Source of the DNA: Octopus vulgaris
Taxonomy: Eukaryota
NCBI GenBank assembly: GCA_951406725.2
Contig: OX597817.1
Span: 154,814,001 to 154,878,000, forward strand
Direction: 5' to 3'
Length of the DNA: 64,000 nt
Shown: piece after piece, positions 52,388 through 64,000 of the stretch
How positions within the stretch are numbered: the stretch's first letter is position 1
Layout of the letters: each line of letters starts with the position of its first letter
Program-made: the position numbers and the translations under genes
Notes under the pieces: generated by a model
Database searches by the model: none
The model's input: only the letters and a program-made list of their open reading frames with translations
What the model was told of the DNA's origin: nothing

Positions 52388-52850
52388 ATCCTTTCTACTA
52401 GAGGCACAAGGCCTGAAATTTGTGGGGAGGGGACCAGTCGATTACATCAACTGCAGTGTTTTACTGGTACTTAAATTTATCGACCCCGAAAGGGTGAAAA
52501 GCAAAACCGACCCGGTGGCATTTGAACTCGGAATGTAAAGACATGCGAAATACCGCTTAAGCATTTTGTCCGGCTGCTAACGATTCTGCCAGCTCGCCAC
52601 CTTCCCTCTTTATATTTATAAGCTGGGTTAAGATGGCTAGATGGCAGAATTGTTAGCACACCAGGTAAAAATGCTTAGCAGCATTTCATCTGTCTTTATG
52701 TTCTGAGTTCAAATTCCACCGAAGTCGGCTTTGCCTTTCATCCTTTCAGGGTCGATAAAATGTGTACCAGTTGAGCACTGGGGTCGATGTAATCGACTTA
52801 CCCTCTCCCCAGAACTAGCTGGCCTTGTGCCAAAATTTGAAGCCAATGTT
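52388..52850. mobile_element. Head-to-head pair of SINE family C copies
   Basis: Minus copy at ~52388-52600 and plus copy at ~52636-52850. Confidence 0.75.
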
Positions 52851-54266
52851 TCTAAGCTAGACACAAGACAGCCACTTTTGAAGTTAACTATAGTCGATCA
52901 AATTGACCCCCTTCTCAAATGATACTTATTTATTTGATCTCATACGGAAAAACAAAATTTGACTGACTTACTTGGATTTTGACACAGAACGTAAAAAACC
53001 GAAATGAATACATTTTGTTCAATACCTTAACTGTTCTGCCAGTTTACTGTCAACATTTGTTTTGAGAATTTTGTTTTTTTTCCCCTTCACCCGCGTTTCT
53101 TTCTTTCTTCTCTTGAAACTTCTATCCCTGGAAATTGACGGGTCCACAGTTAATCTACATGGCTCTTCATGTTTCTGGTGTTTGTGCTCTGTTGGGATCG
53201 ACTGTTTCTTCTCTTCAGGTTCCGTATACAGTGCCAGCCAAGTTATATTATACTAAACTTTAATATTGACTATACTTCCATCTTTGGATTATCAAAATCT
53301 CTAATTAAAGCTAAGATATTTTTTTCTAAATCACAAAGAAGGACCAATGATTATCGCTAGTTTTTGTAACATTGAGTAAATGAAAGACAAAATCCCTATT
53401 GGTTAGCTTTTCCTCCTAATGAAATTGAACTCGGTACTGCATATTTACGAATCGTGTATTACAGAACTCCGGTTTCATCACAGCTAGCTGCATTCTACCT
53501 GGTTTTGTCTTACAGTAACAATGATTATACGTATGTGATTAGTAGTTGGCCATATTCTACACAAATAACTATTGCATCTAGCATATCTGTGATCTATATT
53601 TGATTTAATTTTATACTACTTGTTATTAGAGTAGACTTAAAGCACGCAGAACTGCTCGATCACAACTGACCTGGGATATTTATTTTCTGATTGCTCGTGC
53701 GTAACTAGTTGAGTATACATGTTAAATAAGATGAGTCACGTGTAAAGAAAGAAAGAAGGTAAAAATCCATATTTGAACGATATAAAGCAATTTTTTTGAC
53801 TTGTTGAGAAATCATTGATAAACAATTTAGTCTTCCTCGTTGCTGAAATGTTGTGTAGCCTAGAAGTTAGGGCCTTGTACTAACGTTCGCAAGTTCGATT
53901 CCCGAGCGATGCGTTTTGTTATTGGTTTCAAATTTTGGCACAAGGGAGCGAGTCAGTCGATTACATCGAAAGCCTGTATTGAATTGGTACTTATTTTATC
54001 GACCCCGGACGGATGAAAGGCAAAGTCGACATTGGCGGAATTTGAACTCATAATGTGAAGACAGACGAAATGCCGCGAAGCATTGATGCGTTGTTCTTGA
54101 GCTTCGTTTCTCATTGTTCAAGTGTCAGCTGTAAATGGCTTCCCATTCTGATAGGGGGGCTCGTAACAACATTGCTCGAGGGATTTAAGTTAAGTCAACC
54201 ACCTAAGTTCTTAATGGTTGGAAGCGAACTAAAGTCAAAGAGTTTGCATCGTCAGTGTGGTGTGGT

Positions 54267-54816
54267 CACTTGCGTAGCCGGGGGCGCGAAGGAGATGGTA
54301 GGGCGGTCCGCTCCGGGCGACACTTTGAAAGGGACGGCACTTATCATCCTGTTGTAGACTGGATGGAAGCACTCCGTCGGTTACGACGATGAGGGTTCCG
54401 GTTGATCCGATCAACGGAACAGCCTGCTCTTGAAATTAACGTGTAAGTGGCTGAGCACTCCACAGACACGTGCACCCTTAACGTAGTTCTCGGGGATATT
54501 CAGCGTGACACAGAGAGTGACAAGGCCGGCCCTTTGAAATACAGGTACAACAGAAACAGGAAGTAAGAGTGAGAGAAAGTTGTGGTGAAAGAGTACAGCA
54601 GGGATCACCACCATCCCCTGCCGGAGCCGCGTGGAGCTTTAGGTGTTTTCGCTCAATAAACACTCACAACGCCCGGTCTGGGAATCGAAACCGCGATCCT
54701 ACGACCGCGAGTCCGCTGCCCTAACCACTGGGCCATATTGCTCTAGGCAATATGTGTTTTTTGTGGAGTTCGGGGACAGCAAACGGAAGGGCCACCCCGG
54801 GCGGCATACACTAGTG
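54267..54816. mobile_element. hAT-like MITE (SINE A nested inside)
   Basis: Reverse copy of the 30218-30596 family; flanks ggtgtggt and ggtgtgat give a 7/8 match to an 8-bp TSD. Confidence 0.65.
54361..54736 (-). mobile_element. tRNA-derived SINE family A (nested in hAT-like MITE)
   Basis: Reverse complement of family A, lacking the first few bases. Confidence 0.9.
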
Positions 54817-56267
54817 GGTGTGATGTTTCTTATTACCACTGCGTCACGGGGAAAGTTTATTTTTATATTTAGTCATTTATTTATTTCAACTGAATATTGA
54901 AATGATCGCAACTACACAAATACAAGCCATGTTATTTCTCTGCTTCTCTATCGTTTCTTCCAATCGACTGCTACGAATATAAACAGGTCATTTATCAAGT
55001 ATGGTCGGTTGGAGGGGAAAGTTGATATCGTTCTCTTAATAATGTCTTCAAATTCTGGTGTTACCGCACCGGACAAAATATTTAATAGCATTTCTTCTGG
55101 CTCTTTACGTTACGAGTTTTAAATTCTGTCGAAGTCGACTTAGCCTTTCATCCTTTCGAGATCGATAAAATAAGTACCAACTGAACACGAGCGCCGATGT
55201 AATCGACTTACTCCTCTCATAAAATTGCTGGCTTTGTGTAAAAATTTGAAACAAATTGCTGGATTGGCAGAATCGTTAGAGCGTCGGGATAAATGCTTTC
55301 CGGTATTTGGCTCGAGTTTTTGTATTCTGAGTTCAAATACTGTAGAGGTCAATCAACCTTTTAATCTGAAACGATTAAAGGGGGATAATCTGGCGGAACC
55401 GTTACCATATCAGATAGAAATGCCTCAGAGTATTTGTTCGGTCTTCTCAGGTCAAATCCCACTGATTTGATTAACTTTGCCATTCGTCTTTCAGGGGTTG
55501 ACTAACCCATCCCCCACAGAATTGCGAGCTTTGGGTCTGAATTAAAGCTATTATTACGTAATTATAATTCGGGAAGGCTGCGAGTTTATAGATTAATAGG
55601 GTTTATTTGTCGGAAAGGTGAAAGGTGCTGCAAGCGAATCCAAATGATCGGTCTTCGATGATATGCACAGTACTAATAAAATCATGAACGTAATAAATAT
55701 TTTGTGGGTAGTGACTGTGATAAGAAATTTGCTCCCCAACCACATTGTTGCAGGTTCAGTCCGACTGCGTGGTACCTTGGGCAAGTGTCTTCTAATATAG
55801 CTCTGGGCCGACTGAAGCCTTGTGAGTGGATTTAGTTGACGGAAAGTGAAAAAAGCCCGTTGTGTGTGTGTGCTTGTGTTCGTTCCCCTCTTACTGCCTG
55901 ATAACCAGCGTTGGTTTGTTTACGTTTCTGTAACTTAGCGGTTCTGCAAAAGACACCAACAAAATAAGTATCAGACTTTAAAAATAAGCACTGGGGTTGA
56001 TCTGTTCGACTAAACCTTTCAAGGTGGTGCCCCATAATGGTCGCAGTTCAATGACTGAAACAAGTAAAAGATAAAATATTGCTGTCACAAGCATGTATGA
56101 AGGGGACGCTGACAACCGAGAGAAATGGCTTTAATTTCCCAAATACCATTTTTGGAAGTATCTGAGTTGATTTCTTTGTGAATGAAACAGTTGATATCTT
56201 TCTCTTTATCTCTCTCTATCTCCCAATGCCTTGCTGTTGTTATGTATTCCCAGGTCGGCGCAATATC

Positions 56268-56880
56268 TCGGCAGAAACGTTAGCACGCCGGGCGAAATGC
56301 TTAGCCGTATTTCGTCTGCCGTTATGTTCTGAGTTCAAATTCCGCCGAGGTCGACTTTGCCTTTCATCCTTTCGAGGTCGATTAAATAAGTACCAGTTAC
56401 GCACTGGGGTCGATATAATCGACTTAATCCCTTTGTTTGTCCCCTCTGTGTTTAGCCCCTTGTGGGTAATAAAGAAACAGGTATTTCGTCTGTCTTCGTG
56501 TTCTGAGTTCAAATTCCGCCGAGGTTGACTTTACCTTTCATCCTTTCGGGGTCGATAAATTAAGTACCAGTTGCGTGCTGGGTCGATCTAATCGACAGGC
56601 CCCTTCCCCAAAAATATCGGGCCTTATCCCTAGAATAGAAAAGAATATCGTAGATTCTTTTAAAGTGGCGAGCTGGCTGAATTGTTAACGCGCCGGGCAA
56701 AATGTTTAGCTGTATTTCGTCCGTCTTTACGTTGAATTCAAATTCCGCTGAGATCGACTTTACCTTTTCTCCTTCCGAGGTCGATAAAATAAGTACTAGT
56801 TGAATACTGGGGTTCGATATAACCGACTTACCCCTTGCCCCGAAATTTCTGGCCGTATGTCGAAATTTGAAATCAATTTT
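56268..56880 (+). mobile_element. SINE family C cluster
   Basis: Three consecutive family C bodies. Confidence 0.8.
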
Positions 56881-57198
56881 GTAGATTCCTTTCGAGGAGC
56901 TTCACTTAGCCGTATAGTCTATAATTTGTAACCAATATCCCACTCCACCCAGCTGTAAGTAGGTGCCATGCCACGTATCGTAGCCTAGTCGCTGTAAACA
57001 GCCAAAAGATGGCATTGTGTGACTGGAGAACGGGTTACTTCGCTTAGAATGTCGAATTTGTATTCAGTATCTTTTGGAGAGATGGGGAGAAAGAGACAGT
57101 GGGGAGTATTTGGGGGATTAGTAAGGCAGATATGAGGCTAAATGGTGACCTAATAGCTTGTAATCGGACGACTTTCACTCATACACCTACCCGCTCAC

Positions 57199-57238
<40 letters not shown>

Positions 57239-58731
57239 ATCAACCACAATATAAGGAGAGAACTTATTCGCATGTATTTGTAGCTTTAAGAGAGTTGAAA
57301 TTAAAATGTTGGCACACGTTTTATCGACCCATCAGTGAAGGTTTTGTCATCAGCAATATGAGACACCAAACAAGGCACTGCAAAAGAGTCTGGAACATTG
57401 CACCAATTACACTGCGTGTGTGTGCGGCTGACTTAAAATCTTGATTCACACATCATCATCATCATTATGTATGGCGTCATCTTGTTTTGTGTCATAGACT
57501 ATCTCAATAAGTTACAGCTTTGACTGACATCATCTTTTCTATATTATCCTCTTTACCCCTTTCTCAATAATAATAATAATAATAGTAGTTGTCATTGTCA
57601 TCATCATTATGTTCATTACTAGGACCTTTGACCCGTTAATTCGTACTCAATCACTGCTTTATATTCAGTCCCTCATCCTTCACGGAACATTATCAAATTT
57701 TGCTTTAAAAAAGATATGGCTTAAGTATTTTTTAAGCATTTCCTGAAGGGAAACAACGCAGATCATTATAAATAACTACTATTGTTCTTTACTTATTTAT
57801 CGCCAATGTCGCCCGTTATTAACAACATCAACAGTGATGTAAATATTTATCTCTTTTCTGTAATTCTTGTTTCATCTCCCACCTCTAACCTTACAACAAT
57901 TGACGTTGGAATTTCAACTTTTTTTCTTTCCTTTTTTTTGTAGTGGGTGGTGGCGGCGGTGGTGAGGTTTCCGCTAGTTTTTGAAATATTTCTCTTTCTG
58001 CTGTCACATCTTTCTATCCTTGTCTTTTCTCTACCACTTAATCTCTCTTTCTCCTCCTCTCTCTCTCTCTCTCTCTCTCTCCCTTTTCTCTACACCCTCT
58101 TCTTCCTCCTCCTCTCTCTCTCTCCCTTTCTCTACACCCTCCTCTTCCGTCCATTCGTTAAATAACTTATCTCCACTTCTGCCCTTTTCTCCACAATTTT
58201 CTCTGCCATTCTAATGACCTCCCCCCATTCTTTCTCTTTCTCGTTTTCACTTTGTCTTCCTCTCCCTCATTCTCTCCCCCCTCTATCTCTCTCCAACTCT
58301 TTATCTTCCTCTCTATTATTCTACGTTATCTCTTCTATTCTTATCTCCCTCACAATGTCTTCCTTCTACTTCCACCTCTCCCTCATCCTCCTGCTTTTTC
58401 CCCACTCTTTCTTCACACATACACTCTCTCATTTCATTGATCTTTCATTCTATCTACCACAAGACTATCTCTCTATTACTTTCTTAATTTCTCACTCTAC
58501 CAAATTAATCTTATTCCCCTGCTACTCCTCACTCCCCAATTTTCGGTCTACATACTTCATTATTTATCAGTGTTATCTTTCGCTATCTCCATTGTTTTCC
58601 CTTAACCTTCCTCATTGTTTAACTATTCCACTTTCCACCCCGTTCTCTTGTTGCTCTACTTTTCTTATGGTCTCTGGCAATCTATCCAGTTTTATCCCTC
58701 TTCTTTCTCTTTTTTTCCCTGTCATACCTCT

Positions 58732-59116
58732 GGAGGCGCAATGGCCCAGTGGTTAGGGCAGCGGACATGCGGTCGTAGGATCGCGGTTTCGATTCCCAGA
58801 CCGGGCGTTGTGAGTGTTTATTGAGCGAAAACACCTAAAAGCTCCACGAGGCTCCGGCAGGGGATGGTGGTGATCCCTGCTGTACTCTTTCGCCACAACT
58901 TTCTCTCACTCTTACTTCCTGTTTCTGTTGTACCTTGTATTTCAAAGGGCCGGCCTTGTCACTCTCTGTGTCACGCTGAATATCCCCGAGAACTACGTTA
59001 AGGGTACACGTGTCTGTGGAGTGCTCAGCCACTTACACGTTAATTTCAAGAGCAGGCTGTTCCGTTGATTCGGATCAACCGGAACCCTCGTCGTCGTAAC
59101 CGACGGAGTGCTTCCA
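58732..59116 (+). mobile_element. tRNA-derived SINE family A
   Basis: Same sequence as 3604-3987. Confidence 0.9.
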
Positions 59117-59764
59117 TCATATTTCCCTCTAAAATTTCTTTATATCTCTTTTATTCCTCTCTATTTCAATAACATTTCTTTTCCTCTCCAATTGCCTGTC
59201 TTTATATCGTTGTTTCCTTATATATTCGATTCATTTTCCTTTGATTCTAACTTCTAATTTTGAATCCCGTTATGGTCTACTTTGCTCTTCATCTTTCTTG
59301 GATCGATTAATTACCTCTCAGAAATTGGAATCGATCTTAATATACAATGCCTTCCCATCCCAGATTTGAGGTCTTGTACCTTTTAGAAATGTTTGGTACG
59401 GATAATATTAATTTAATGTAGGGAATCTTTTGTGTGTGAGTGACGTACATCTTAAGGACAATGAGTAAGAAACATTTTAGAAAATAAAAGCAATTGATCG
59501 AAGTTCCTCGAATCGACAATTAATCGAATGAATTACTGCTAATATTCAAATAATTTCTCTTTAAAAAGGTTATAGTCGTTTAAACGTAAACAACCGGTGT
59601 GGTTTGTGGATGCAGGGAAAAAGCTTCTTTCAAATGTTATTGAGGACACGAGTTTTATCTCTTTTTCTTTTTTCTCACTTTTTTATTTACATTTTCTCAT
59701 TAGTTGTTTCATCTCCAAGTCCATTAATGTTTCTAAACTTTGTGTCCTTTGTGAGTGAACTGCT

Positions 59765-60246
<482 letters not shown>

Positions 60247-61110
60247 TGTTTGTTTTATTTTTGAAGTAGGCCGCTAAGGATCATGAGAATGATGATCTAA
60301 CTGATAAAATCATTACCATTGGTTTTGATTTTATTTTAAGTTAACTTCCCTAATTAATATTATGCAGGTCTCGTGTCTTTATGTTGATTCTTGTTAAAGC
60401 TTCCATAGCTAATCGCTTTTTTTTTTTTTAATTCTTGTGGAATTCTATGTAAGATGGTAGTGCTCAAGGCCGGTTTCAAGTCAATTAGACAGATTTGTAC
60501 AAATTGGGCCCCGTGCACATGCTGGAGCGGAGGACACTGATAGTTTTAGTGTATCATTATGACTAATGGTAGAGGCTCAAGTCCACAAAGCTTTTTGGCT
60601 GGGACTGGCATACTACACTAAACATAAAACAGTAGAGGGCCCTGCTAACAATTCTCTAACTTGGCCCCGCACTTCCAAGCACTGGCCCTGTTTGTGCTAA
60701 CCTTTAATGTTTTTCTATGTAGTTTTGTGTTCTAAATTTTAATGTACTCTAACGACTCTTTGTAAAAAAAAGTATGACCAGCCAGTGAGAACATGTTGTA
60801 ATTGTTTATTCACTTTAACAGTTTGAATGATAAAGTCTACAACTTAAATTGAAATTTTATATATTACATTTGTTATCAGAAGTGCCTATTGTAATTATCG
60901 GGTTTGGTGGTTTCCTGCTGTCGAGGTTTTTAATTTCTGCTGTCTATTGTTTTTGTAATGTATATTTACTGTTAGTTTGAGATCAGGTGTGATACATGCT
61001 TTTCTTTTTCTTTCTTTTTTTTTTCCTGTGGGTGCTTTAATAATGTAGTTATCTATTCTGTAACTTGAACGCATTTTATTAAAGTAATATACTATCTTAA
61101 CAAAATACTT

Positions 61111-61373
61111 GGATCTTTTCCTTTTGAACGGCACATGTCAACACAATTTCTAGTTAACTAAGCACTTTTAAACTTCGTATACTGGTAGAATGTGTCAAAA
61201 TAAAACATTTTTTTCTCTTGGCTTTAACTACGTTAAACAAACGAATTACAATTTTCTCAAAGTCAAGAGAAAAAAATGTTTTATTTTGACACATTCTACC
61301 AGTATACGAAGTTTAAAAGTGCTTAGTTAACTAGAAATTGTGTTGAAAACTGCCGTTCAAAAGGAAAAGATCC
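61111..61373. mobile_element. Merlin-like MITE
   Basis: ~113-bp TIRs starting GGATCTTTTCCTTTTGAACGGCA; exact 8-bp TSD aaatactt at 61103-61110 and 61374-61381; related ends at ~26365-26512 and ~22154-22515. Confidence 0.75.
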
Positions 61374-61559
61374 AAATACTTTATTGCGTGTTGTATTTGT
61401 TGAGGTGAATTTGTTCTTGTATTGTTCTACAACTTGATCTGCTGGCCTGTTCGAAACGGTTATGATGCAGTTTTGCGCTGTAAAAAAAGTGAATGCAAAT
61501 TGTCCTAAAAAAATTCAAGTAAATTGCGATAGACCCTGGAAGTAACGACAGCGTCATAC

Positions 61560-61860
61560 TCAAATTTCGTGAAACACATTTGATATCCGATGAGTGGGTC
61601 TCTTATGTAGGTCTCGGCAACTTCTATACTCATGACTTTGTCGATCAGTCACTCAGTTTTGTTGACCTAAATGATGACAGCATCAATATTTAGACTATAT
61701 AGAAGGGCGATGGATGCTTACCACGAAGAAACCTAGACGACAATGTGAGACTAGTGGTGATATATTTACATCATATCTTCATGAGCCTGTCAGGAAACAA
61801 ATTTAGAGACCGTGAAAACTTGTTCACGATTCTCATTTCATGCATGAATGATTGTTTTTA
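61560..61860 (+). pseudogene. Merlin/IS1595-like transposase relic
   Basis: LISDEWVSYVGLGNFYTHDFVDQSLSFVD..(fs)IEGRW..SYLHE matches the IS1595/Merlin pattern SDxWxxY..H..VNHS..FV..IE..W..YLxE. Confidence 0.65.
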
Positions 61861-61907
61861 GAAGCGATTGCTTTCATCTTATTTAAAATAACGTGTACAG
61901 TTTTCGA

Positions 61908-62551
61908 GTTAAATTATGTATGTTCTATACATTGGCCATGTTAAATTATGTATGTTCTATACATTGGCCATGTTAAATTATGTATGTTCTATACATTGGC
62001 CATGTTAAATTATGTATGTTCTATACATTGGCCATGTTAAATTATGTATGTTCTATACATTGGTCATGTTAAATTATGTATGTTCTATACATTGGCCATG
62101 TTAAATTATGTATGTTCTATACATTGGTCATGTTAAATTATGTATGTTCTATACATTGGTCATGTTAAATTATGTATGTTCTATACATTGGCCATGTTAA
62201 ATTATGTATGTTCTATACATTGGCCATGTTAAATTATGTATGTTCTATACATTGGCCATGTTAAATTATGTACGTTCTATACATTGGCCATGTTAAATTA
62301 TGTACGTTCTATACATTGGCCATGTTAAATTATGTATGTTCTATACATTGGCCATGTTAAATTATGTATGTTCTATACATTGGTCATGTTAAATTATGTA
62401 TGTTCTATACATTGGCCATGTTAAATTATGTATGTTCTATACATTGGCCATGTTAAATTATGTATGTTCTATACATTGGCCATGTTAAATTATGTATGTT
62501 CTATACATTGGTCATGTTAAATTATGTATGTTCTATACATTGGCCATGTTA
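61908..62551 (+). repeat. 32-bp minisatellite, 20 copies
   Basis: Unit gttaaattatgtatgttctatacattggccat with ggtcat and gtacgt variants; no spacers. Confidence 0.95.
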
Positions 62552-64000
62552 CGTGCACTGCTGTCGCAATTAACTTTCATTTTTATACAACGGTAACCTG
62601 AATGTTAGGTATTCTTTGGATTTCATTTTTAAGCATCTTTTGTAATGAAAATCCTAAGATTTGTCTAAAATGAGATTTCATTGCGTTTATATTTACAAAT
62701 AGTGGTGTTATTGTTTTGAGTTCATACACGAATTATATTGGATGGTAAGTTTGGAGATGGGATTATTTTTCAAAATATTTCAATCCACTTGACTGTTCCT
62801 GTGTGTCCTTCATAAGGAACACGCGATCTTTTCGCTTTGACCGGCAGATTTTTAAAATAATTTATCGACATATCGAATATAGATAATTTAGTTTTCAGAG
62901 AGAACTTGATTTCAATATGAGCCATATAGAACACGGCAGCGAAATTGCCCACCCTTTTCCTTAAACCTAACATACTTTTAACATATTTCTTTCTACGATC
63001 ACCAAATGACATCCCCATTCAGTCTGCACATCCCATTGCACACCGCCAATATTGTCTCGAGTAAAGTACCCATTGCTTCTCCTTCCAACTCGATATAAAG
63101 CTTGCATTGTGGGCAATAGAAATTAACTTTAGTTGTACATATATAATCTATTTGGTCCATCTCAATCTCGATCGTTTTTCTTTAACTCTCATGGAATATT
63201 AATCTTTGTTTCTTCTCTTTCATTATAAGTCTCTTCTTTAACTTTCTCCCTCTCTTTTTTTTTTTTTCTGATAGGTACATTTATTTTTCTGCCCTTTTCG
63301 TCTCTTCATGTTTAACCTCCTTTTCTCCTGATGTTCTCCTTCCTCAATCTCTATTTCTCTATTAATAATAAATCCTTACAAATTTTCATGTTCTCTATTT
63401 CTTTTCGTCTTTCCCACTTAAGTGATTTCCTCCGCGAGTCCTATCGATTTTCTCAAACTAGTTTTTATTTTATTTTATTTTTCTCGTATCTTCTCTATTC
63501 GTCTCAGATAACCTTTATTTTATTTAGTCATCTCAGTACTTGGTTTCATTTACTCTTTTCTCTGTATTCTCCTCCTTTATTACCTCTCCACATCTTCCAT
63601 TTTTATCCTACCCCCTATTTTGTACACCAGGAAGTTTTTTGGCTAAATCTCTATTTAAAGAAATATGTCTTGTTTTTAGGTACAACATGAAACTGAAACT
63701 TTCTGAGTTATAAAACCCTTCACTTTACTTCCGCCCCTTGTGCTGGAACATAAGGTTCTAATAAATTCGAACAATCGTTCACAGACGTTTCCTTTCTGTT
63801 TGGAAGTTAATTAAGTTTTCTCCCTTCCGCTAATAGCCCTCTCCATTTCCGTCTTGCACCCTCTCCCTTTCTCTCCAAACACTAGTCCTGTTTTCCCCCC
63901 ACCTCACGTCCAGCTCTTTCTCTCACTCTTCTCGCTCCTAACTTTCTCTTTGTCTCCTTCTCTTGCTCTCTCTCAGTTTGCTTTCACTATCCCTTCTATC

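Noticed and set aside
53192-53224. Minus-strand CUGAAGA-gaa-GAAAC-a-GUC hammerhead-like string
   Set aside because: No stem II, no workable stem III and no microsatellite context; probably chance.
58214-58756. 180-aa Leu/Ser/Phe-rich ORF
   Set aside because: Polypyrimidine low-complexity DNA running into a SINE head.
61908-62551. CRISPR-like 32-bp repeat
   Set aside because: Units are contiguous with no unique spacers, there are no cas genes, and the context is eukaryotic.

Overview
AT-rich, microsatellite-laden, repeat-dominated animal genomic DNA. The SINE repertoire suggests a cephalopod, probably Octopus (inference). No host protein-coding gene could be supported. The main feature is a ~5.5 kb Penelope-like retroelement (PLE) on the minus strand at ~7939-13410. 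It encodes a reverse transcriptase plus a C-terminal GIY-YIG endonuclease (Naiad-like), sits between (TA)n tracts, is broken only by two 1-nt frameshifts in homopolymers, and carries a hammerhead ribozyme (HHR) with an unusually long stem II near its 3' end. At least four more short, mutually unrelated segments also carry HHR cores with palindromic or near-palindromic stem III (2.5 kb, 25.4 kb, 41.7 kb, 50.5 kb), three of them as inserts in microsatellites. The rest is an older decayed PLE, several SINE families (many copies), LINE fragments (Tx1/L1-like, RTE-like, CR1-like), Tc1/mariner, Merlin-like, piggyBac-like and hAT-like MITEs, a non-autonomous Helitron, a Gypsy-like integrase relic and two tandem arrays (160 bp and 32 bp units). 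All alignments and folds were done by eye; boundaries are approximate unless TSDs or TIRs are quoted.
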